Below the pieces are notes generated by a model. It had not been told where the DNA came from, did no database searches, and saw nothing but the letters and a program-made list of their open reading frames with translations. DNA of 48,666 nucleotides from a bacterium. GTDB taxonomy: Bacteria; Patescibacteriota; Minisyncoccia; Phycocordibacterales; Phycocordibacteraceae. Positions 1-10,641 of the stretch are shown one piece after another. Every line of letters begins with the position of its first letter. Positions within the stretch are counted from its first letter, which is position 1. The position numbers and the translations under genes were made by a program. The stretch covers positions 1 through 48,666 of the forward strand of contig JAJYQV010000038.1 of assembly GCA_021794425.1 (NCBI GenBank). Reading direction: 5' to 3'.

Positions 1-8
1 TCCGATCT

Positions 9-47
9 ACGAGCGCGGCGCCCTGGGCGCCGCGCTCGTTTTGCATT
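9..47 (+). terminator. Intrinsic-terminator-like hairpin closing a gene that lies upstream of the window
   Basis: 14-bp stem acgagcgcggcgcc / ggcgccgcgctcgt (9-22 / 26-39) followed by tttgcattttt. Confidence 0.6.
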
Positions 48-206
48 TTTAAATGCCCGACAAGTGGCGAGCTTTGTGCGCACCGTGAGTTTTCACAGCT
101 CAACGGCGCGCGAGAAAACATGTTCACACGGCCGGATGGCAAAATTGCGACCAAATGGCGACTCGTGTTCTTTTTCTTTATGAATCTTCAAATCGATAAG
201 CTCCCT

Positions 207-234
207 TTGCAATTTCCTCGGATTGGGCTATTCT
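207..234 (+). promoter_or_regulatory. Possible sigma70-type promoter for fusA
   Basis: TTGCAA (207-212), 16-nt spacer, TATTCT (229-234). The roughly 90-nt leader contains hairpin 276-296. Confidence 0.3.
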
Positions 235-328
235 CTAGTGAACGCTTCCTAAGCCGCGCGACGCGTGGCCGGACGAGTGCCCGCTTTGCGGGCACTTTAG
301 TCGGCGCTTTTATTTTTCTAAATTACTT

Positions 329-2476
<2,148 letters not shown>

Positions 2477-2494
2477 GTTTTGCAAAAGAAACAC

Positions 2495-2523
2495 GCGGGG
2501 CGGGCCGGAAAGGCCCGCCCCGC
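2495..2523 (+). terminator. Terminator-like hairpin after fusA
   Basis: 12-bp stem gcggggcgggcc / ggcccgccccgc with loop ggaaa, followed by gcggtttgtgtt. Confidence 0.6.
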
Positions 2524-2531
2524 GCGGTTTG

Positions 2532-2540
2532 TGTTATAGT
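2532..2540 (+). promoter_or_regulatory. Extended -10 element (TGtTATAGT) for the inserted gene 2586-2984
   Basis: TGnTATAGT immediately after the fusA hairpin. A GGAGG Shine-Dalgarno lies 7 nt before ATG 2586. Confidence 0.4.
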
Positions 2541-2585
2541 CACCCGCAGTGTGCCTCTTGGGCACGTTCTTTGGAGGATTTTGCA

Positions 2586-2984
2586 ATGGAACCGATCCCT
2601 CATTCGGGCGCGCGGTTGCCCGAGATTGACGCGAGGATTTTTGAGTATCTTGGTCCTTTAGCTTTAGCGGATTTCAAACCGCATGCGTACTGCTCATCCG
2701 GGGGCGATATCATCGTTCTCACGAAGGATTGCTCGTACAGGGCGTGCATCGCGCCTCGGGTGCACGGGATGGTCGAATTGTTTTGGGAGAACCATCGGCC
2801 GTGGTACGCCCCATGGGCAAGCAAGATTGTCGGTTTTTCATTCTACGCTCCGGCAATCACGACGAATGGCGAGGTTCCGATTGTCGACCTCCTGCGTACG
2901 TTCGAAGAGAAGTACGGAAGGTTGAAAGGATATCGGCGGCGTCTGTACAGACTCGCGAAAGGTCTCACGGTCAGTGTGTCGTGA
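2586..2984 (+). CDS. Hypothetical protein (132 aa) inserted between fusA and tuf
   Basis: Internal ATG of ORF 2424-2984, preceded by ttggaggattttgca. Has its own terminator and own -10. No family recognised. Confidence 0.55.
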   Translation: MEPIPHSGARLPEIDARIFEYLGPLALADFKPHAYCSSGGDIIVLTKDCSYRACIAPRVHGMVELFWENHRPWYAPWASKIVGFSFYAPAITTNGEVPIVDLLRTFEEKYGRLKGYRRRLYRLAKGLTVSVS

Positions 2985-2989
2985 GTAGG

Positions 2990-3013
2990 GGCGGGATGAG
3001 CAATCATCCCGCC
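2990..3013 (+). terminator. Terminator-like hairpin after the inserted gene
   Basis: ggcgggatga / tcatcccgcc stem with GCAA tetraloop. Confidence 0.5.
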
Positions 3014-3015
3014 TG

Positions 3016-3043
3016 TTGCATTCCCGACGCGCCTTGCTATAGT
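3016..3043 (+). promoter_or_regulatory. Predicted tuf promoter
   Basis: TTGCAT (3016-3021), 16-nt spacer, TATAGT (3038-3043) with an upstream TG (TGcTATAGT). Confidence 0.5.
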
Positions 3044-3164
3044 TACCCTAACGCATCTTGGCGTCGCTCTTTGGCTTGTCTGCTTCTGTGAGTCGGCGGG
3101 CCAGGGGCTTTTCCGACTCGCGTCGGATAATTCGTGATTTACTAGCACATTACCGATAATTATT

Positions 3165-4370
<1,206 letters not shown>

Positions 4371-4395
4371 GCCGGAAGGATTATCGAGGACTCAT

Positions 4396-4770
4396 ATGGA
4401 CACCCCCACGGAAACCAAGCCCAAGGCAAAGCGCGCGACGAAGAAAGACGCCGCCGTTCCGGCGGAGCACAAGCTTCGGATTCGCGTCCGCGCCTACGAG
4501 CATAAGATCCTCGATCTTTCGGTGAAGCAGATCATGGACACCGCAGCCCGCTTCGATGCCGTCGTCGTCGGCCCCGTGCCGCTCCCGACGGAGATCAAGC
4601 GCTGGACGGTGAACCGCTCGACCTTCGTCCACAAGGACGCGCGCGAGCAGTTCGAGATGCGCATCCATAAGCGCCTCATCGACATCCGGAACCCGTCGCC
4701 GAAGGTGATTGAGGCCCTCACGAACCTCAACCTGCCTTCCGGCGTTACGATCGACGTCAAGATGGTGTAG
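4396..4770 (+). CDS. rpsJ: 30S ribosomal protein S10 with a short Lys-rich N-terminal extension
   Basis: LRIRVRAYEHKILD...HKRLIDI. ATG 4396 was chosen because ORF start 4285 overlaps the tuf 3' end. Confidence 0.92.
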   Translation: MDTPTETKPKAKRATKKDAAVPAEHKLRIRVRAYEHKILDLSVKQIMDTAARFDAVVVGPVPLPTEIKRWTVNRSTFVHKDAREQFEMRIHKRLIDIRNPSPKVIEALTNLNLPSGVTIDVKMV

Positions 4771-4800
4771 CCCGAGCGAAGTCAAAGGCTCTCACTCAGA

Positions 4801-4836
4801 AACACGCAACCGCCCCGAAAGGGGCGGTTGCGTGTT
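4801..4836 (+). repeat. Terminator-like hairpin, copy 1 of a direct repeat (partner 5591-5625)
   Basis: aacacGcaaccgcccc gaaa ggggcggttgCgtgtt. 16-bp stem with GAAA loop. Confidence 0.8.
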
Positions 4837-4843
4837 ATATACT
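4833..4843 (+). promoter_or_regulatory. Extended -10 (TGtTATACT region) for the NYN gene, predicted near-leaderless
   Basis: tgttatatact. TATACT 4838-4843 lies 7 nt before ATG 4851. Confidence 0.4.
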
Positions 4844-4850
4844 GCATCAC

Positions 4851-5480
4851 ATGCGACGCTACGCTTTTATAGATGTTGCCAATACTAAAGGGTCGGCCAA
4901 TCTTCTCGGTTTCCAGATTGATCCACAGCGCCTTTATGACTATCTTTGCAACGAGAAGTGGTCATGCGGAGAAGTCTTTTGGTATGCGGGGCGTATCCGA
5001 AATGAAAAGAATGAGAAGGCCCGAGAGAAAATTGAGCGTATCGGCTACAAAATTCAGGACAAGGACACTCACTTTCACAAAAAACATGCGCATCTTGAGG
5101 GCGCTTGCCCGAAATGCGGCGAACCGGTTGTTCTGGATGGTCGGAACCACCGCATGCCGAAGGCAAACTGTGATGTCGAGTTAACGATAGACGCGCTTGA
5201 GAGGGCATCACCCGAGTCGGAGATATTGCTTTTTACCGGTGACGGTGACTTTCATTACCTCATTAAAAAGTTGGTGGAGAAGGGTTCGCGCGTCAGAGTA
5301 TTTTCTACCAACAAACAGGACTGGGATGGGTCGTATCGGTTCTCAACCAGAATCAAAGACTTGCTAAGCGAATATGAAAGGAGTGAGACGAGGAAAAAGG
5401 GAGAAGTTACGTTTACTGAACTCAATAACCTGCGTAATCGTATAGGGAAAGAAGATGGTAACGAGCAAGTTCAGGTATAA
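4851..5480 (+). CDS. NYN/LabA-like (PIN-related) ribonuclease-domain protein with a His/Cys knuckle insert
   Basis: 209 aa. Acidic motifs FIDVAN, NCDVELTID, FTGDGDF. Insert is HFHKKHAHLEGACPKCG...NC. Visibly AT-richer than its neighbours. Confidence 0.72.
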   Translation: MRRYAFIDVANTKGSANLLGFQIDPQRLYDYLCNEKWSCGEVFWYAGRIRNEKNEKAREKIERIGYKIQDKDTHFHKKHAHLEGACPKCGEPVVLDGRNHRMPKANCDVELTIDALERASPESEILLFTGDGDFHYLIKKLVEKGSRVRVFSTNKQDWDGSYRFSTRIKDLLSEYERSETRKKGEVTFTELNNLRNRIGKEDGNEQVQV

Positions 5481-5590
5481 ATTGAAGGGACCGCCACGAA
5501 GCGTGACGGTCCCGAGTGAACATTCATAGTATATCGCAGACGGTCGAAAATGCAACGTTATCCACACACTCTCCGGCGTGATGACCGACA

Positions 5591-5625
5591 AACACACAAC
5601 CGCCCCGAAAGGGGCGGTTGTGTGT
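5591..5625 (+). repeat. Terminator-like hairpin, copy 2 of the direct repeat
   Basis: aacacAcaaccgcccc gaaa ggggcggttgTgtgt. Same hairpin as 4801-4836, with a G:C to A:T compensatory change. Confidence 0.8.
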
Positions 5626-6466
5626 ATATGCTATTATTATCTTATGGAAAAACCGAATCGTTAAAAACGAACAGCATCCAGCTACAGCGGAGTATCCTGA
5701 AGGAATTCTTACAGAGAAGCCACCCGAGTCGTTGCCAGAACAAGATTTACAAGAGCAACAGCTCGGGAATTTATATGAACAACTTGAAAGAAAAAGTGAC
5801 ACCTTAAAGGGGTTCGAGAAGGATCAAAAGGGTCTCGCCGCAATACAAGAAAAACTTGGAATAGAAGCATCGAGTGACAAGGTCGGTAACAATGATCTCT
5901 CATTGGAAATTGAGGCAATAAAAGATAAAATCGCAAGATCAGAAAGAGAATTCTTGGAGCTACCTGAAAATCAAGAAGGGGGTATGGAAAGTACTCTCGA
6001 GGACTATCTTGACAGTGATGAATTCCTAGAATTGCGGAAAGAGATGGAAGAGTCTATTGAAGCCGCTCAAGAAAAATATATTGAGGAGAGCACTGACTTG
6101 ATGATGGCAAAATATAAAGACGAGTTTGATAGAGCGGAAAATGGAGAAAAAGCCGAGAAGCTTTTTAGAAAGAAGTTCCCAGTTTACCTCCGTGAAAATC
6201 TTACAACTTCTGAAAACGGAATTACTTTTGTCACCTTTAGGTTTAAGACCTTGAAAAGTGAGGGTGGCGAAGATGTCTTCTACGTCGAGAACATTGATAT
6301 CGTAAATAGAGAACCAGATCTACTTGAGGATTCAAGTGGTAAACCAAAAGAGGAATTTGATGAAATGCCTTCTTTCGATAAGAAAGTAGACCCTGCGCTT
6401 ATTGGCAAAAAGGAATCAGCAGAAGTGGCCGGGCTTGTTGGTAAAAGTCCAGAGGGAAGACCATAA
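5618..6466 (+). CDS. Hyper-acidic, coiled-coil-like hypothetical protein (start uncertain)
   Basis: 282-codon open frame, very Glu/Asp/Lys-rich and AT-rich. The only upstream start candidate is TTG 5618, inside the hairpin. The first in-frame ATG comes only after about 120 codons. Confidence 0.45.
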   Translation: MCVYAIIILWKNRIVKNEQHPATAEYPEGILTEKPPESLPEQDLQEQQLGNLYEQLERKSDTLKGFEKDQKGLAAIQEKLGIEASSDKVGNNDLSLEIEAIKDKIARSEREFLELPENQEGGMESTLEDYLDSDEFLELRKEMEESIEAAQEKYIEESTDLMMAKYKDEFDRAENGEKAEKLFRKKFPVYLRENLTTSENGITFVTFRFKTLKSEGGEDVFYVENIDIVNREPDLLEDSSGKPKEEFDEMPSFDKKVDPALIGKKESAEVAGLVGKSPEGRP

Positions 6467-6467
6467 A

Positions 6468-6496
6468 TTTGCATCTTTTCGGGGGTTCGTGTAGAG
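6468..6496 (+). promoter_or_regulatory. Predicted promoter for rplC-rplD-rplW-rplB
   Basis: TTGCAT (6468-6473), 17-nt spacer, TAGAGT (6491-6496). Confidence 0.45.
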
Positions 6497-6544
6497 TGCT
6501 TGAAACGCTACGTACCCCTCGGAACCCGGGGGAGACCAATGGCA

Positions 6545-6584
6545 GAACGCGCGATGCGTCTCTGCATCGCGCGTTTTGCTTTAC
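6545..6584 (+). promoter_or_regulatory. Leader hairpin with U-run (attenuator-like) 16 nt upstream of the rplC start
   Basis: 12-bp stem aacgcgcgatgc / gcatcgcgcgtt (6545-6556 / 6563-6574) followed by ttgctttaca. Confidence 0.45.
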
Positions 6585-6589
6585 ACCAC

Positions 6590-7204
6590 ATGAAATTCAT
6601 CCTCGCCACCAAAGAGAACATGACCCGCGTCTTCACGGATGATGGGCGTGCCTACGCAGGTACGGTCTTGAACGTTGCGTCGATGACGGTCACGCAGGTC
6701 AAGAGCGAGAGCACCAAAGACGGCTATACGGCTGTGCAGGTCGGTTCCGGCGAGCGCCGCACCAAGAACATCAGCAAGGCGGTCCTGGGCCACACCGGCG
6801 GCGCGGGCTACGCGACAATCCGCGAGTTCCGCGGCGCAGAGGGGCTCGAAGTGGGCGCGACGCTCGACGCGTCGGCGCTCGCGGTCGGTGACACGGTGCA
6901 GGTCTCGGGCCTGTCGAAAGGCAAAGGCTTCGCCGGCGTCGTGAAGCGCCATGGCTTCCATGGCGGCCCGAGGAGCCATGGCCAGAAGCACACGGAGCGC
7001 GCGCCGGGGTCGATCGGCGGCTCGGGCGGTCGCGCCGGCGGCCGTGTGGTGAAGGGCAAGAAGATGGCCGGCCGCATGGGTACCGATCGGGTCACCGTCA
7101 CCAATCTCAAGGTCCTCGCGGTCGATGCGAAGGAAGGGAAAGTGATCGTCTCGGGCGCAGTGCCCGGTCGCCGCGGAACGCTTCTTGAGGTAGTATCCGC
7201 ATAA
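6590..7204 (+). CDS. rplC: 50S ribosomal protein L3
   Basis: MKFILATKENMTRVF...FAGVVKRHGFHGGP. Internal ATG of ORF 6500-7204. Confidence 0.93.
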   Translation: MKFILATKENMTRVFTDDGRAYAGTVLNVASMTVTQVKSESTKDGYTAVQVGSGERRTKNISKAVLGHTGGAGYATIREFRGAEGLEVGATLDASALAVGDTVQVSGLSKGKGFAGVVKRHGFHGGPRSHGQKHTERAPGSIGGSGGRAGGRVVKGKKMAGRMGTDRVTVTNLKVLAVDAKEGKVIVSGAVPGRRGTLLEVVSA

Positions 7205-7214
7205 TTTTCATACT

Positions 7215-7970
7215 ATGGCTACTGAAAAGAACATCACGAAGAAGACTGCCGCTCCGGCCGCGCCGGTTGCTGAGCGCAAGAAGGCCGCCGCGCCGATGCC
7301 GCTTGAGATGCCGGTCTACTCTATGGAGGGCAAGCAGGTTTCGACCACGATGCTCCCCGAGGCGCTCTTCAGCGCGCCCTGGAAGGCGGATCTCGTGCAC
7401 CAGGTCACCACCGCGATGCAGGCCAACCAGCGGCAGAATCGGGCGCACACTAAGGACCGTTCCGAAGTATCGGGTGGTGGCAAGAAGCCGTGGAAGCAGA
7501 AGGGCACCGGCCAGGCGCGCCACAGCTCCACCCGCTCGCCGATCTGGCGCCATGGCGGGGTCACCTTCGGCCCGCGTAACGACCGCGACTATAGCGAGAA
7601 AATCAACAAGAAAATGCGCACCGCCGCCCTTGTCTCGGTGCTCTCGAAGAAGGCGAAAGACGGAGAACTCATCCTCGTCGACACGCTCGCTTTCGCTGAG
7701 CCCAAGACTGCTGTTGCGAAGAGCGCGCTCGCGAAGCTTGCTTCCGGCGCCGGAGCCGAGAAGCTCGTGTCGAAGAAGAAGAATGCCGCGCTTCTCGCGC
7801 TTGCCGCCTACGAGCCGAACACTATCAAGAGCTTCAGCAACTTTGGCAACGTGGCGACCGAAGAAGCGCGCAACCTCAACCCGCTCAACGTGATGACGAG
7901 CAAGTATCTCATCATCGAAAAGCCGGAAGAGACGTTTGCGGCGCTTCTTGCCCGAACCGCATCTAAATAA
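7215..7970 (+). CDS. rplD: 50S ribosomal protein L4 (N-terminal Lys/Ala-rich extension)
   Basis: KKPWKQKGTGQARHSSTRSPIWRHGGVTFGP. Operon position. Confidence 0.92.
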   Translation: MATEKNITKKTAAPAAPVAERKKAAAPMPLEMPVYSMEGKQVSTTMLPEALFSAPWKADLVHQVTTAMQANQRQNRAHTKDRSEVSGGGKKPWKQKGTGQARHSSTRSPIWRHGGVTFGPRNDRDYSEKINKKMRTAALVSVLSKKAKDGELILVDTLAFAEPKTAVAKSALAKLASGAGAEKLVSKKKNAALLALAAYEPNTIKSFSNFGNVATEEARNLNPLNVMTSKYLIIEKPEETFAALLARTASK

Positions 7971-7976
7971 ATCATC

Positions 7977-8342
7977 ATGGCACTATTCGGCGACACAAAG
8001 AAAGGGAAAAACGAGAAAGTTGCGCGCACGCGCGCCGCGCACGCGACGGTGTCGCTTCACGGCAAGGCGCATGACATCATTCGTGCGCCCTGGTTCTCCG
8101 AGAAAGCGCTTCTCGCGACTGAAAAAGGCGTTTACGCCTTCGCGGTGTCGCCGCGCGCGACGAAGCCGGAAATAGCGGGAGCCGTCAAGGAGATATACAA
8201 AGTCACCCCGCGCGCGATCCGCATCGTGAACCTTCCCGCAAAGAGCAAGGCGCTGCGCACCCGCCGCGGCACGGGCACGCGCGCCGCGCGCTGCAAGGCG
8301 TATGTCTACCTCAACGCAGGTGAGACCATCCAATTTGCCTAA
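7977..8342 (+). CDS. rplW: 50S ribosomal protein L23 (extended N-terminus)
   Basis: IIRAPWFSEKA...KPEIAGAVKEIYKV. Lies between rplD and rplB. Confidence 0.9.
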   Translation: MALFGDTKKGKNEKVARTRAAHATVSLHGKAHDIIRAPWFSEKALLATEKGVYAFAVSPRATKPEIAGAVKEIYKVTPRAIRIVNLPAKSKALRTRRGTGTRAARCKAYVYLNAGETIQFA

Positions 8343-8351
8343 TACTTCAGT

Positions 8352-9200
8352 ATGAAAACGTACAAACCAACAACCAAGAGCCGCCGCGCGATGACCAGCT
8401 TGCCGTTCAAGGAGCTTCTCTCGGGAGATGCGCCCTACAAGCCGCTGCTCGCGAAAAAAAGCAGCCAGGGCGGACGAAACGCTTTTGGGCGCATCACGAC
8501 ACGGCATCAAGGCGGCGGGCACAAACGCCGCTTGCGCCTCGTGGACTTCTCGTACAATAAGAAAGACATTCCGGCGACCATCGAGACGGTCGAATACGAC
8601 CCATTTCGCAGCGCATTCATCGGTCTGGCGCTCTACAAGGACGGCGAGCGCCGATATGTCGTGGTGCCGAAGGAGACGCGAGTCGGTAGCACGTTCATCG
8701 TCGCCGAGGATGCGCCGCTTACGGTCGGCAATCGCCTGCCTATGGGCAAGATTCCGGTCGGCACGGCGGTGTTTAACATAGAGATTGCTCCCGGCACAGG
8801 CGCGAGCCTCGTTCGTTCTGCGGGGACCTATGCTGAAGTGGTGGCGCATGACGCCGGTTACGCGCAGATCAAGCTTCCGTCGACCGAGATCCGCAAAGTA
8901 TCTGACCTCGCGTGGGCGAGCATCGGTGCCGTCGGAAATGAAGCGCACAATCTCGTCGTCATCGGTAAGGCCGGACGTTCACGCTGGATGGGCATCCGCC
9001 CGACCGTGCGCGGCTCGGTGATGAATCCGGTGGACCATCCGCACGGCGGCGGCGAGGGCCGGCAGGGCCGCGGCTTGCGCCGCGCGAAGTCCAAGTGGGG
9101 CAAGCCCACCGGAAAGGGCCAGAAAACCCGCACGCCGAAAAAGTACTCGAATGTCTTCATCGTCTCGCGCCGCAAGGTCGGCAAGCGTAAGAAGGGCTAA
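8352..9200 (+). CDS. rplB: 50S ribosomal protein L2
   Basis: GGGHKRRLRLVDF and MNPVDHPHGGGEGR motifs. Confidence 0.97.
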   Translation: MKTYKPTTKSRRAMTSLPFKELLSGDAPYKPLLAKKSSQGGRNAFGRITTRHQGGGHKRRLRLVDFSYNKKDIPATIETVEYDPFRSAFIGLALYKDGERRYVVVPKETRVGSTFIVAEDAPLTVGNRLPMGKIPVGTAVFNIEIAPGTGASLVRSAGTYAEVVAHDAGYAQIKLPSTEIRKVSDLAWASIGAVGNEAHNLVVIGKAGRSRWMGIRPTVRGSVMNPVDHPHGGGEGRQGRGLRRAKSKWGKPTGKGQKTRTPKKYSNVFIVSRRKVGKRKKG

Positions 9201-9209
9201 TTTCACGAT

Positions 9210-9246
9210 GCAAAACGCCCGCGGCCGGAGGCCGCGGGCGTTTTGC
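9210..9246. terminator. Bidirectional terminator-like hairpin between rplB and the convergent minus-strand gene
   Basis: 17-bp stem gcaaaacgcccgcggcc / ggccgcgggcgttttgc. Confidence 0.7.
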
Positions 9247-9285
9247 ATTAAAGGGACCGGAGCACAATCGCCCGAGGCCCCGCCC

Positions 9286-10062
9286 TTATCTGCGGTATTC
9301 CGGTTTCAGAATGCCTGAGAGCTCGCCCATAGGGATGCGGAGTGTCTGGGGGCCGGCGGCATAGGGCGCGACCGCGTAGGGGGCGAAAAGAATGACCAAT
9401 TGCTGGTTGTCGAGGAAGAAGTTCTCGAAATTCTGAGCGTCGGGCGTCGTGCCCGAGTCGAGCATGCGCGCGCTCGCGTCTTGCCCTATGATGGCTGGAA
9501 GTTTTGCGCGTGCGAGGGTGGAGAGGGTGCCGAGGTACGCGCTTCCCGGGGTAAACAGGTCAGCGAGGGAGAGCTCCTTCCCGGTGGCCGCATCGAAGGT
9601 GAAGGTGTGGAAGAACATGTTTCCGTGGGCGCCGAGCGTATCTTCATACGTCGTGAAGATGTAGGAGACCGTCTGCGGCGACGAGGCGATGAGGTAAGTG
9701 ATCTGGAGGGTCTCTTTGCGGTTAGCGCTGAAACCTGTCGTCTGGATATCCTCGGGCGTGAGATTGGCGAAATTGCCGTCGGTCTTGAATTGCGCGATGG
9801 TGGAAGCGACGAACTTCCTCATAAGTACCGTGGCGGCAGCATCTGCGGCTACGCCGGCGTTCTCCAAGAGCGGCGTGCTGGTCGCGTAGTTGGCCGCGAT
9901 ATCGTAGTATGCCGCGTGCTCGCTATAGGCGCTCCCCGAGAGAGTGGGTATTTCGACAGTTCCGGGCACCTTTGCGGGCGCCGGGCGCATCATGAAATAG
10001 GAAATAATCCCGCCAAGAATGACAAGAATGACGATGGTGCCCAATGCGGCGCGTCTTCTCAT
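9286..10062 (-). CDS. Membrane-anchored DUF3298/DUF4163 (RsiV-like) domain protein
   Basis: 258 aa. N-terminal TM segment (GTIVILVILGGIISYFMM). C-terminal ...LFAPYAVAPYAAGPQTLRIP is typical of DUF3298. This family call is from memory. Confidence 0.68.
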   Translation of the reverse strand: MRRRAALGTIVILVILGGIISYFMMRPAPAKVPGTVEIPTLSGSAYSEHAAYYDIAANYATSTPLLENAGVAADAAATVLMRKFVASTIAQFKTDGNFANLTPEDIQTTGFSANRKETLQITYLIASSPQTVSYIFTTYEDTLGAHGNMFFHTFTFDAATGKELSLADLFTPGSAYLGTLSTLARAKLPAIIGQDASARMLDSGTTPDAQNFENFFLDNQQLVILFAPYAVAPYAAGPQTLRIPMGELSGILKPEYRR

Positions 10063-10070
10063 GTGCCGTT

Positions 10071-10079
10071 AGTGTAACA
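10071..10079 (-). promoter_or_regulatory. Extended -10 (TGtTACACT on the minus strand) 8 nt before the start of 9286-10062
   Basis: The reverse complement of agtgtaaca is tgttacact. An 8-nt gap separates it from ATG (10062). Confidence 0.4.
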
Positions 10080-10184
10080 AATGCTGGATTTGTGCGCATA
10101 AGATTTGCGCGGAGACAAAGAGGAGTCTATGCTAGGGAACAGACGTATCCGCGTGCCACGAACAAGATAAAAAAGGAGTGACAA

Positions 10185-10526
10185 ATGCTAACAGAAACAG
10201 AAGCAGAACGAGCCGAGCTCGAAAGCCTCGCGTACCTTTTGAGCGCAGAGGAAGGCGACCCGCAGCACATCTTGATGGTGGAGAAGATCGAGGTAACTCC
10301 GCTCATGGTTGCACGCGCCTTGTCTCAGAAGCTCTTTCTCGGGCCGCTGACATTGCATACGGTCACGCCCGCCAGGCTTTTTGGCCGCCCCTCACTGACG
10401 GTATTGCTCGCGCGCAAAAAAGAATACCTTGAACCCTTCGAGGCGCTGCCGGTCCCGAGCTACCGGAAGATGCTCGCGGTCTCGCGGTCTCGAAGAGAAA
10501 TAAAGCGTCTCACGCTCTGCCGGTGA
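10185..10526 (+). CDS. Hypothetical protein (113 aa)
   Basis: ATG preceded by aaaaaggagtgacaa (AGGAG Shine-Dalgarno). No family recognised. Confidence 0.5.
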   Translation: MLTETEAERAELESLAYLLSAEEGDPQHILMVEKIEVTPLMVARALSQKLFLGPLTLHTVTPARLFGRPSLTVLLARKKEYLEPFEALPVPSYRKMLAVSRSRREIKRLTLCR

Positions 10527-10536
10527 GGCCGCCACA

Positions 10537-10566
10537 GAATCCCGCTCAGGCGGGATTCCTATTTTT
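10537..10566 (+). terminator. Intrinsic terminator after the 10185-10526 gene
   Basis: gaatcccgc tcag gcgggattc followed by ctattttt. Confidence 0.7.
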
Positions 10567-10576
10567 CCCCGGATTG

Positions 10577-10605
10577 TTGACTCCCAACGCAATCTCCTGT
10601 ATCTT
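10577..10605 (+). promoter_or_regulatory. Predicted promoter re-starting the S10 operon at rpsS
   Basis: TTGACT (10577-10582), 17-nt spacer, TATCTT (10600-10605). Confidence 0.5.
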
Positions 10606-10641
10606 TGCAGTATCCCGCAGCGCGGGCTTTTCATTACTTTC

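Noticed and set aside
5487-5513. Hairpin gggaccg..cggtccc after the NYN gene as a terminator
   Set aside because: It has only a 7-bp stem, a 13-nt loop and no U-run. The strong repeat hairpin at 5591-5625 is the more likely terminator.
7983-8948. 321-aa minus-strand ORF
   Set aside because: It lies antisense to rplW and rplB and has no recognisable motifs.
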